From Vicinamibacterales bacterium (lineage in GTDB: Bacteria > Acidobacteriota > Vicinamibacteria > Vicinamibacterales > JAMQPK01), in assembly GCA_963850295.1 (NCBI GenBank), contig CAWKKU010000006.1, positions 92,240 through 156,239 on the forward strand: a DNA stretch of 64,000 nucleotides, read 5' to 3'. This document shows positions 1 to 7,522 of this stretch, piece after piece. The translations under genes and the position numbers were made by a program. Numbering within the stretch: position 1 is the stretch's first letter; each line of letters begins with the position of its first letter. The notes under the pieces were generated by a model. It saw only the letters and a list, made by a program, of their open reading frames with translations, ran no database searches and had not been told where the DNA came from.

Positions 1-12
1 CTCGGCCGGTGA

Positions 13-480
13 TTGAGAGTGGCGGTGAAGACGCTCGCCAGCCGGCAATGCCGGGATGAGCTGCTTGCCAGACTGAAGTCGGTGCGCCCCGATGCCATTC
101 CCAGATGGGGACTCATGTCGTCCCATCAGATGGTGTGTCACCTGGGCGATTCATTCCTGATGATGCTCGGCGAGCGGGCGGTCAGCGAGGCGACGAGTTT
201 TGCTCAGCGCACGTTCGTGAAGTGGATTGCGTTGTACGCTCCGATGCCGTGGCCAGCGGGAATCCCCACGGTGCCCGAGGTCGATCAGAAGGGGGGCGGT
301 ACGGCGCCGGGTGATTTCACCGGCGATGTTGCGAAGGTCGAAATGCTGATGGTGCGCGTGTGCGACCGGGCGGGCAATTACGCCCCGCGTCATCCCATAT
401 TCGGCCCGATGTCAGAAGCCGCCTGGTTTCGCTGGGCGTACCTGCATACGGACCATCACTTGCGTCAGTTTGGTGTTTAG
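13..480 (+). CDS. DinB-fold / DUF1569-like protein
   Basis: 155-aa ORF. In-frame TGA at 10-12 places the start inside the window (TTG 13 or GTG 19). C-terminal HPIFGPMSEAAWFRWAYLHTDHHLRQF resembles DinB/DUF1569 helical-bundle proteins (by recall only). Confidence 0.5.
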   Translation: MRVAVKTLASRQCRDELLARLKSVRPDAIPRWGLMSSHQMVCHLGDSFLMMLGERAVSEATSFAQRTFVKWIALYAPMPWPAGIPTVPEVDQKGGGTAPGDFTGDVAKVEMLMVRVCDRAGNYAPRHPIFGPMSEAAWFRWAYLHTDHHLRQFGV

Positions 481-710
481 TGAGTGACTATCAGATGTCC
501 TGTCTCACCGCAGAGGCGCGGTGACGCGGAGAACTCTGATTCGGACAAACAATTTCAAAACACACCAGAGCGGGTGGCGCCGGTCGGGGCCGCCCCGCCC
601 GCCGCGCAGGCGCCTCCCACGTGACATGTGCTGTTGGCGCCGAGGACGGGTGGGGCTAGACCGGCGACAGGACCCGCGAGCGGAGTTTTGAAACCACCTC
701 ACTAGCAACA

Positions 711-759
711 GCCACAGGACTACCAGCCACTGGCTACCGGCTATTGGCTAGCAGCCAGG
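711..759. repeat. intergenic oligomer-repeat element, GGCTAC/CCAGTAGCC family (copy 1 of 3)
   Basis: gccacaggactaccagccactggctaccggctattggctagcagccagg lies directly after the SDR stop (763-765). Its reverse complement resembles 40654-40734 (shared agccaatag and gtcctgtggc) and 57754-57799. Confidence 0.7.
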
Positions 760-762
760 TGA

Positions 763-1460
763 TCAGTTCTCCTTCCACGGGTTATTCGCAAACACCGCGA
801 CTTCCGGCCAGAGTGCCCGGCGCGGCATGTCCAGCGTAGCCATCACTGTTTCGGCGATATCCGCCGCGTAGAGTTTGTTGGGGTTGTTGCGGCCGACCTT
901 TCCGCCGAAGGTGGTTTGTACTTCCGACGGGCACACGCAGACGACGCGAATGCCGTGAGGCCGCAGTTCGGCCTGCCAGCATTGCGTGATCCCGCGCACG
1001 GCCCACTTGCTTGCCCCGTAAGGCGTCGCCGACGCCGCGCCCTTCATGCCGCTGGTCGATGCGATGTTGATGATGTCGCCCTCTCCCCGCGCTTTCATCT
1101 GCGGCACGACACGGTTGGTGATATCGACAAGGCCGAACACGTTCGTGTCGAACAGCGCTTTCATGCGATCGATATCGAGATCGCCGATCTCGGCGCGGTA
1201 GTCGTGCGCGGCGTTGTTGATCAGCACGTCCACGCCGCCCATCTGCTTCATGCACGCGTCGAAGGTTCTGGCGTTGTCGTCGGTGACGCGCGACATCCGC
1301 CTTGATGCCGTGCGCGCCGGTTTTCGCCGCGACGGCTTCGATGAACTGATTATTGCGGCCGGTGAAGACGACTTGATGGCCGGCGCTTGCGCGCCATCTC
1401 CACGATGGCTGCGCCGATCCCTTGACTGCCACCGGTGACGAGAAAACGGGCTGGTTTCAT
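763..1460 (-). CDS. short-chain dehydrogenase/reductase (SDR), split over three frames as sequenced
   Basis: ATG at 1460 gives MKPARFLVTGGSQGIGAAIVEMARK (Rossmann TGxxxGIG). A second frame gives AGHQVVFTGRNN...GIKADV. The 763-1296 frame carries NNAA and YGASKWA (YxxxK). Inferred frame changes near 1385 and 1297. Confidence 0.7.
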
Positions 1461-1537
1461 GATGGATTCCTCTCAGACGAGCGGCGATTCGCGGCGGTCA
1501 GTATATCTCCCCGAATGCGCTACAATTGTCACGGGTA

Positions 1538-1604
1538 AGTCCGAAGTCGAAAGTCCAAAGTCCAAAGTCGGAGTCGAAAGTCTGAGTCCTGAGTCCAGAG
1601 TCAG
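1538..1604. repeat. tandem heptamer array, AAGTCSA family (about 10 units)
   Basis: aagtccg aagtcga aagtcca aagtcca aagtcgg agtcgaa agtctg agtcctg agtccag agtcagg. Same family as 4524-4564. Confidence 0.85.
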
Positions 1605-1608
1605 GGTG

Positions 1609-1644
1609 CCTTCGTGCTTTCGTGTCTTCGTGGTTCGTGGTTCC
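1609..1644. repeat. tandem 7-8-mer array, CTTCGTG family
   Basis: ccttcgtg ctttcgtg tcttcgtg gttcgtg gttcc. Same family at 63242-63280 and, reverse-complemented, at 30688-30732. Confidence 0.85.
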
Positions 1645-1729
1645 GGAGTCGAGGGTAGGTGAATGCCAACGGGAGAATCGAGTCGTTCGTTGTCGCCGCG
1701 CGAGGCGAAGGACCACCTGCGTGGCGCAT

Positions 1730-1864
1730 ATGTGCCCGAAATGCGGGACGGATCACCATGTCACCGTCGAGCAGGTGCTGACTGGCGAGAAGATGGTGAC
1801 GTGGTGCCACTGCCGGGCGTGCGGTCACTCCTGGCATCCGGTTCCGGAAAGCCTCACCAACTGA
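1730..1864 (+). CDS. small zinc-ribbon protein (44 aa), hypothetical
   Basis: MCPKCGTDHHVTVEQVLTGEKMVTWCHCRACGHSWHPVPESLTN has two CxxC pairs. I prefer the internal ATG at 1730 of ORF 1622-1864, because the upstream part lies in the repeat arrays. Confidence 0.35.
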   Translation: MCPKCGTDHHVTVEQVLTGEKMVTWCHCRACGHSWHPVPESLTN

Positions 1865-1879
1865 CCTGACGCGCGTGCG

Positions 1880-2212
1880 TCAGGCTTCGACCACCTCGAT
1901 ACCGAGATCGCCGGCTTCGATCCGAAAGAAAAATCCGTCCTCGAGCCCGTTCTGCGCGATCCAGCTCACCAGCTTCAGTCCAACCGCGTTCGCTTTTTCG
2001 GCGTCATTGCGCCCGGGCATGCGGCCGTGCGAGTCGCCGGTGAAGCGCAAGCCGCCGGTGATGTCGGGTTTGCCGTCGCGCTTGATGCGCAGCCGCACCA
2101 CGTAGGCGTGGCGGCTTGCCGCGCTCTGGTCCTGCGCGAAATCCTCCTGGTAAATGGTCCCATTCGATCCGTCAGGCCATCGAACGACTTTGCCGCTGAT
2201 ATCGAAGGTCAT
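1880..2212 (-). CDS. hypothetical protein (110 aa)
   Basis: ORF with balanced, protein-like composition (MTFDISGKVVRWPDGSNGTIYQEDF...). No family recognised. Divergent from the SLATT-like gene. Confidence 0.45.
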   Translation of the reverse strand: MTFDISGKVVRWPDGSNGTIYQEDFAQDQSAASRHAYVVRLRIKRDGKPDITGGLRFTGDSHGRMPGRNDAEKANAVGLKLVSWIAQNGLEDGFFFRIEAGDLGIEVVEA

Positions 2213-2339
2213 ACCTGCCTAGTCTAAGTTGAGTCTGGAGCGGCACGGTATCTAAGCGTATAGTTAAGCGACTGAATTGGGGCCCCCAGCTCCGACACCA
2301 CGTCCGAGCCGATCGTGTGTGCTCGGAGAATGGGGATAC

Positions 2340-2837
2340 ATGTTCAGCCTTACGCTCCTCGATCACCTCAATCTCACCTACAGCCAGGTTGCCGAACGCC
2401 ACAAAGCCCACACCCGGGCGGCAGATTCGTATCGGAAATGGCACAGGCGGCTGAAGGGAAGCGAGGCGCTTCTCATCGCCGGGACCGCCATGACGGCAGG
2501 CGCCGCCGCATTCGGCCTGGGCCGTATTCCCGCAATCGCCGCCGCCGCGCTGGCCGCGCTCGCGCTCGTCATCCTGCTCGTCCATCTCACGTTCGACTTC
2601 GAGACCTCCGCGCACGCACATGGGGAGTGCAGCTTGCACCTGTGGGCGATCAGCGATCGCTACCGCTCACTGCTGTCGGATTTGCGCGAAGGCGTGCTCG
2701 ACGTCGCGGAGGCGCGCCGCCGGCGCGACAAATTGATGGATGACATCCGCGCGGTGTACGAGCGGACTTCGGTCCGGCCGCTCGGTGACGTTCAGGCAAT
2801 CGATGCCGCGATCGAATCGGGCAAGACGGCCGCATGA
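2340..2837 (+). CDS. SLATT-like two-transmembrane-helix protein (orphan)
   Basis: ATG 2340 is preceded by GGAGAA. N-terminal helix, then two adjacent hydrophobic helices (LLIAGTAMTAGAAAFGL, IPAIAAAALAALALVILLV), then a helical tail (HAHGECSLHLWAISDRYRSLLSDL...). The layout matches the SLATT effector domain as I recall it. Confidence 0.45.
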   Translation: MFSLTLLDHLNLTYSQVAERHKAHTRAADSYRKWHRRLKGSEALLIAGTAMTAGAAAFGLGRIPAIAAAALAALALVILLVHLTFDFETSAHAHGECSLHLWAISDRYRSLLSDLREGVLDVAEARRRRDKLMDDIRAVYERTSVRPLGDVQAIDAAIESGKTAA

Positions 2838-2860
2838 GCGTCGCCGTGCGTGCCGTACGC

Positions 2861-2882
2861 AGTGTCCGGCTTTAGCCGGACC
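2861..2882. terminator. palindromic hairpin GTCCGGC-TTTA-GCCGGAC (bidirectional terminator candidate)
   Basis: Perfect 7-bp stem between the convergent SLATT-like (stop 2835-2837) and GNAT (stop 2889-2891) genes. The 22-mer agtgtccggctttagccggacc recurs identically at 60311-60332. Confidence 0.55.
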
Positions 2883-2888
2883 CACGCA

Positions 2889-3404
2889 TCAACGCTCGTC
2901 CAGAAACAACGCCATCAGCACATCGTCGTCGTAGGCGCCGTCCAGCTTTCGCACGTGCTTTTTCGTGCCTTCGACGACAAACCCGAGCTTGCGATACAAC
3001 GCGATCGCGGCGAGGTTCGAGGCAAACACCTCGAGCTCCACGCGTTCGAGACCCATGGCACGCGCCCCCTCTATCGTGTCCGACAGCAGGCGGGTGCCGA
3101 GGCCGCGGCCGCGATACGAGGGCAGAAGGGCCATTCCCATCCGGCCGGCATGTCGAAATCCTTCGATCGGCCGTCGCGTGATGTCGCACCACCCGACGAC
3201 CTCGTCGTTCACGTCGAGGGCGATGAACTGTACGCCCTCTCCCGTCAGGATGTGCAGCACGTAGTTGCGCGTGTTTTCGAGGGGCGGGCCTTCCACAAAA
3301 CCGATGTAGCGCCGCTCGCGAGCGACGATATCGAGTGCTCGGTTCAAGCCTTCGACGTAGCGCTCGTGGGTCGGCACGATGCGGATGCCGTCGGCGCTGG
3401 GCAT
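2889..3404 (-). CDS. GNAT family N-acetyltransferase
   Basis: 171 aa. Acetyl-CoA binding core YRGRGLGTRLL plus LEVFASNLAAIALYRKLGF. Confidence 0.8.
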   Translation of the reverse strand: MPSADGIRIVPTHERYVEGLNRALDIVARERRYIGFVEGPPLENTRNYVLHILTGEGVQFIALDVNDEVVGWCDITRRPIEGFRHAGRMGMALLPSYRGRGLGTRLLSDTIEGARAMGLERVELEVFASNLAAIALYRKLGFVVEGTKKHVRKLDGAYDDDVLMALFLDER

Positions 3405-3478
3405 GGGCTATGATCGGCTCTCTCTCATGCCCAATACAACCGTGTTCGTCCAGCAGAAAGGCCGCGTGATGAATCGGC

Positions 3479-4519
3479 GTGCATTTGTTCTCGGCCGGCG
3501 CCGCAGCCGCGGCCGGCATGATGCTGTCGCGCTCCGCCCTGGCACAGGCGCAAGGCTTCAGCGTCGGACCCGAGCCCGTGCGCTATCCATCGACCGTCTG
3601 GAAAGTCCTCGACGAGCGCTTCCGGAAATACATGATCGGCAACACTCCGCTCGTGCGCGAATGGACCGGCGGGTTGTGGGCCGAAGGGCCGGCGTGGAAC
3701 GGCGTGGGACGTTTCGTGGTGTTCAGCGACATTCCGAACAACGTCCAGATGCGATGGGACGAGGCAACGGGAAAAACCACGGTGCTGCGGACGCCTTCGA
3801 ATTTTTCGAACGGCAACACCTTCGACTGGCAGGGCCGTCAGCTCTCGTGCGAACACGAGACCGCGAGGGTGGTCCGCTACGAATATCGAGGCGAACCGAC
3901 CGTGCTGGCATCGACATACGACGGCAAGCGCCTCAATGCGCCGAACGACGCCATCGTGCATCCGAACGGCGGCGGCATCCTGTTTACCGATCCTGGCTAC
4001 GGCAGCCATTGGCACTACGAAGGCACGGTCCGCGAGCTCGAACTGCCGACGAGCGTCTACCACATCGACGCGCAGAACGGCCGGCTCACCAGGCTCTCCG
4101 ACGAGATCCTCAAGCCCAACGGGTTGTGCTTTTCACCGGATTACCGTTTTCTGTATGTCGCGGACACCGCGCCGACGCACCACCCGCGTGAAAAAGCCAA
4201 GATCGTCAGGTGGGATGTCCAGAACAACGGCGCCCGCCTCACCAATCGGCGCGTGTTCGCGACGCTCGATGCCGGCTTCCACGATGGCATCCGCGCCGAC
4301 GTGGACGGCAACGTCTGGTGCGGTACCGGTTTCGGCGGCGAAGGGATCGATGGCGTTCACGTCTACGCGCCCGACGGGACGAAGATCGGCCAGGTGGTGA
4401 TGCCCGAGGGCACGGCGAACTTGTGCTTCGTCGGAAAACACCGCAACCGGCTGTTCATGACGAGCAGTCAGTCCATCTATACGCTCTACACGGCGGCGCA
4501 AGGCGCGCATATGACCTAA
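3479..4519 (+). CDS. SMP-30/gluconolactonase/LRE family protein, secreted
   Basis: 346 aa with AEGPAWN, FSDIPNN, NAPNDAIVHPNG and PNGLCFSPD beta-propeller motifs. A twin-arginine leader MNRRAFVLG starts at ATG 3469 in another frame, so the true start may be 3469 with a 1-nt indel near 3490. Confidence 0.8.
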   Translation: MHLFSAGAAAAAGMMLSRSALAQAQGFSVGPEPVRYPSTVWKVLDERFRKYMIGNTPLVREWTGGLWAEGPAWNGVGRFVVFSDIPNNVQMRWDEATGKTTVLRTPSNFSNGNTFDWQGRQLSCEHETARVVRYEYRGEPTVLASTYDGKRLNAPNDAIVHPNGGGILFTDPGYGSHWHYEGTVRELELPTSVYHIDAQNGRLTRLSDEILKPNGLCFSPDYRFLYVADTAPTHHPREKAKIVRWDVQNNGARLTNRRVFATLDAGFHDGIRADVDGNVWCGTGFGGEGIDGVHVYAPDGTKIGQVVMPEGTANLCFVGKHRNRLFMTSSQSIYTLYTAAQGAHMT

Positions 4520-4523
4520 ACGA

Positions 4524-4564
4524 AGAGTCGAAAGTCCAAAGTCGAAAGTCGTCGAAAGTCGAGG
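4524..4564. repeat. tandem heptamer array, AAGTCSA family
   Basis: agagtcgaaagtccaaagtcgaaagtcgtcgaaagtcgagg lies between the lactonase stop and the mscL RBS. Related to 1538-1604. Confidence 0.85.
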
Positions 4565-4569
4565 TGAAG

Positions 4570-4974
4570 ATGCTTCGCGGCTTCAAGGAATTCGTGCTCC
4601 GCGGCAACGTCCTGGACCTGGCGGTGGCCGTCGTCATCGGCGGGGCGTTCGGCGCCGTGGTGACGGCGCTGGTCAAGGACCTCCTCACCCCGCTCATCGG
4701 AGCGATCGTCGGCAAGCCCGATTTTTCCGCGTTCGTCGTCACGATCAACGGCTCGCAGTTCCTGATCGGGGACTTTCTGAATGCGGTCTTGTCCTTCCTG
4801 CTCATCTCGTTCGCGGTGTACCTGTTTGTCGTCGCCCCTGTGAATGCCTTGGTCGCCAGGCGCCGGCGCGGCGAACCACCGGCCGACCCGACGACGAAGA
4901 AGTGCCCGGAGTGCCTCAGCGAAGTGCCGATCGCGGCGCGGCGCTGCCCTTTCTGCACTTCGACGCTGACGTAA
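4570..4974 (+). CDS. mscL: large-conductance mechanosensitive channel MscL with C-terminal zinc-ribbon tail
   Basis: MLRGFKEFVLRGNVLDLAVAVVIGGAFGAVV is the canonical MscL N-terminus/TM1. RBS GAGGTG lies upstream. The tail is KKCPECLSEVPIAARRCPFCTS. Confidence 0.85.
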   Translation: MLRGFKEFVLRGNVLDLAVAVVIGGAFGAVVTALVKDLLTPLIGAIVGKPDFSAFVVTINGSQFLIGDFLNAVLSFLLISFAVYLFVVAPVNALVARRRRGEPPADPTTKKCPECLSEVPIAARRCPFCTSTLT

Positions 4975-5094
4975 CATTTTCTCTCCCTGTGGACTGACAT
5001 CAGGGTGAAAACGGCTGGGTTTACGACCGTTTGAATCCCATCCATTGGTACGGTTTCTGTATTGCGAGGGGTCAACACGCAAACGGAGGCCTCA

Positions 5095-5700
5095 ATGAGA
5101 AGCTGGCGAGTATGCTGTCTCGTTTTTTGTGCGATGGTCACTCTGGCCAACGACTCCCAAGCCGCCGCCATTCAGTGGACGACCGGTGCGGGTGCGAACG
5201 GCCACTGGTACTGGTTCAGCTTCGGCACGCAGACCTTCGATACCGCGCTCGTATTTGCCGACAACGTGGCTCTCGATCCAGACGGCCCCGGTGGCAATCC
5301 GCCTCTCACCGGCTACGACAGCTACCTCATGACCATCACGACATCCGACGAACAAGCGTTCGTCAACGCTCACCCGGACAACACCGGCTTCAGATACTGG
5401 ATTGCGCTGAGCGACGCGTCCGCTGAAGGAACATTTCGGTGGGTGGCGGGACCAGAGAACGGTCAGCTCGTCGGCCATACCAACTGGTGCGCGGGAGAAC
5501 CCCTCGACATCGGCAGCGATGACTACGCCCTGGCGAACTTTTGCGCAAGCGGCGGATGGAACGATTTTCCCGCGGCGTCGCTGAACCGCTACGGCATCGA
5601 GTGGTCGCCGATCGCACCGACGGCGGTTCCAGAGCCCGGGACGCTTATCCTCTTAGCGACCGGCGCAGCGCTGTGTCGAAGACGCAGACAGGCGCGTTAG
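5095..5700 (+). CDS. C-type lectin-like domain protein with PEP-CTERM anchor
   Basis: ATG 5095 follows ACGGAGG. Signal peptide present. WIALSD, TFRWVAG, NWCAGEP and WND are lectin-fold motifs. C-terminal VPEPGTLILLATGAALCRRRRQAR is a PEP-CTERM signal. Confidence 0.7.
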   Translation: MRSWRVCCLVFCAMVTLANDSQAAAIQWTTGAGANGHWYWFSFGTQTFDTALVFADNVALDPDGPGGNPPLTGYDSYLMTITTSDEQAFVNAHPDNTGFRYWIALSDASAEGTFRWVAGPENGQLVGHTNWCAGEPLDIGSDDYALANFCASGGWNDFPAASLNRYGIEWSPIAPTAVPEPGTLILLATGAALCRRRRQAR

Positions 5701-5778
5701 CAAATCTGTAAAGAGGCCAGCCGATCCAGCGATATTGTCAATCGTCTGAAGCGGCGTCATGCGCCCGCCCACCGTATC

Positions 5779-5798
5779 CACACAGTCATCACTGTGTG
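5779..5798 (+). terminator. hairpin CACACAGT-catc-ACTGTGTG
   Basis: Perfect 8-bp stem about 80 nt after the lectin stop. Only a weak T-tract follows. Confidence 0.3.
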
Positions 5799-5818
5799 CG
5801 ACATAAGAGCATTGTTTC

Positions 5819-5847
5819 TTGACATCTGCGGGCACGCGGAGTAGAAC
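5819..5847 (+). promoter_or_regulatory. sigma70-like promoter candidate (TTGACA-17-TAGAAC)
   Basis: TTGACA at 5819-5824, a 17-nt spacer, then TAGAAC at 5842-5847, about 25 nt upstream of the NHL gene ATG at 5873. Confidence 0.3.
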
Positions 5848-5872
5848 GGGCGAAAGGATTCAGCCACACAAC

Positions 5873-6910
5873 ATGAGACTCGCAGCCGCCGCGGCCCTGG
5901 GCTTCGCCGCACTCGTCAGCGCACGTGTCTTTACCCAGGCTTCGGTGTCTCCAGGGCACGATTTACCTAATCCCTACCAGCCAGGGGTGAGAAACTGGGG
6001 AGTGCTCCCCGACAGTAGAACGTGGGGATCCACGGCCGGCGTGGAAATCGGCCCGCGCAACGAGATCTGGGCCATCGATCGCTGCGGCGTGAACACCTGC
6101 GACGGTTCAAGTCTGCCGTCGGTACACTTGATGGACCTGGCGACCGGACGTCCGACGAAAAGCATCGGCGAAGGGCTGTTCGTCTTTCCGCATGGCCTTC
6201 ACGTCGACGCCGACGGGAACATCTGGGTGACCGACGCCCAGGCGAGCAAAGACGGCACCAAGGGGCACCAGGTGATCAAACTGTCGCCCGAAGGCAAGGT
6301 GCTGTTGAGGCTCGGTACGGCCGGCGTGGCAGGCGGAGGTCCGGCGCATTTCAACGAGCCGTCGGACGTCGTGACCGCGCCGAACGGCGACATCTTCGTG
6401 GTGGACGGCCACTCCGGCCAGAATCCGAAAGTGCCGCCGGACTACGTTACGCGCGTCGTAAGATTTTCGAAGGACGGCAAATTCCTCCGCGAGTGGGGGA
6501 AACTCGGAACGGGCCCCGGGGAATTCCGGAACGCGCACGCTGTCGCGATCGATTCGCGCGGGCGCGTGTTGGTCGGTGACCGCGGCAACGCGCGTCTGCA
6601 GATTTTCGATCCGGACGGAAAGTTCATTGCCGAATGGAAGCAGTTCGGCCGTCCGAGCGGCTTGTATATCGACAAGGACGACAAGCTGTACGTCATCGAT
6701 GCGGACTCGACGTCGACAAGCAATCCGGGCTGGAAGAAGGGCATTCGCATCGGCAGCGCCCGCGACGGCAAGGTCGTGGCGTTCGTGCCCGGCCATCAGA
6801 CGGACAGCCCCGACGGCGCAGCGGGCGAAGGCGTCGTGTCGGATCCCGCGGGCAACCTGTACGCGGCGGAAAATACACTGCGCGGCGTCACCAAGTACGC
6901 CAAACATTGA
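5873..6910 (+). CDS. NHL-repeat beta-propeller protein, secreted
   Basis: Signal peptide MRLAAAAALGFAALVSA. Repeated FxxPxGVAxDxxGNIxVxD-type NHL units (FPHGLHVDADGNIWVTD, FNEPSDVVTAPNGDIFVVD, FRNAHAVAIDSRGRVLVGD). Paralog at 49072-50277. Confidence 0.75.
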   Translation: MRLAAAAALGFAALVSARVFTQASVSPGHDLPNPYQPGVRNWGVLPDSRTWGSTAGVEIGPRNEIWAIDRCGVNTCDGSSLPSVHLMDLATGRPTKSIGEGLFVFPHGLHVDADGNIWVTDAQASKDGTKGHQVIKLSPEGKVLLRLGTAGVAGGGPAHFNEPSDVVTAPNGDIFVVDGHSGQNPKVPPDYVTRVVRFSKDGKFLREWGKLGTGPGEFRNAHAVAIDSRGRVLVGDRGNARLQIFDPDGKFIAEWKQFGRPSGLYIDKDDKLYVIDADSTSTSNPGWKKGIRIGSARDGKVVAFVPGHQTDSPDGAAGEGVVSDPAGNLYAAENTLRGVTKYAKH

Positions 6911-6920
6911 AGGAGACCGT

Positions 6921-7511
6921 ATGAGCACGCGAGGAACGTCACGACGCAACTTTCTCCTCGAATCCGCGGCGGGCCTGAGCGGCGCCTGGGTGGCGGCGAA
7001 CTACGCCGGCATTCTGGCCGCCGAGGACTACGTGCTCGAGGCCGCGCAGTCCGGCAAGCCGGTCAGCTTCCAGTTCTTTACGCCGGATCAGGCGGTGGAG
7101 ATCGAAGCCATGGCCGCACAGATCATTCCGACCGATGAGTCTCCCGGCGCGCGTGAAGCGCGCGTCATCAATTTCATCGACAGGGCGCTGGCGACGTTCG
7201 CGAAGAACAGCCAGGGGCAGTACACCAAAGGCCTCGCCGATCTCGATGCCCAGACCAAGCAGATGTTCCCGGGCGCCGCGAAATTCTCCGCGCTCACGTC
7301 GCCGCAGCAGATTCAGGTGATGACGGCGATGGAGAAGACGCCGTTCTTCAATACCGTCCGCACGCATACCGTAATCGGATTTTTCGCGAGCCCGGTGCAC
7401 GGTGGCAACCAGGACAAGGTCGGCTGGCGGCTCATCGGCTACGATGACTCGCTGAATTTCAGGCCACCGTTCGGCTACTACGATGCTCAAGATCCTGCCG
7501 GTAAGCGCTGA
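6921..7511 (+). CDS. gluconate 2-dehydrogenase subunit 3 family protein (Tat-exported small subunit)
   Basis: RBS AGGAG at 6911. Tat leader MSTRGTSRRNFLLESAAG. Motifs IIPTDESPGAREA and HGGN. Sits immediately upstream of the GMC flavoprotein. Confidence 0.75.
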   Translation: MSTRGTSRRNFLLESAAGLSGAWVAANYAGILAAEDYVLEAAQSGKPVSFQFFTPDQAVEIEAMAAQIIPTDESPGAREARVINFIDRALATFAKNSQGQYTKGLADLDAQTKQMFPGAAKFSALTSPQQIQVMTAMEKTPFFNTVRTHTVIGFFASPVHGGNQDKVGWRLIGYDDSLNFRPPFGYYDAQDPAGKR

Positions 7512-7522
7512 AGGAGACGACC

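Noticed and set aside
505-708. 67-aa minus-strand ORF in the 481-762 gap
   Set aside because: It is Arg-rich low-complexity sequence with no RBS. It is better explained as non-coding GC-rich DNA.
2172-2639. 155-aa minus-strand ORF overlapping the SLATT-like gene and the divergent promoter region
   Set aside because: It is Gly/Arg/Glu-rich with no motifs. It overlaps two better-supported genes on both strands.
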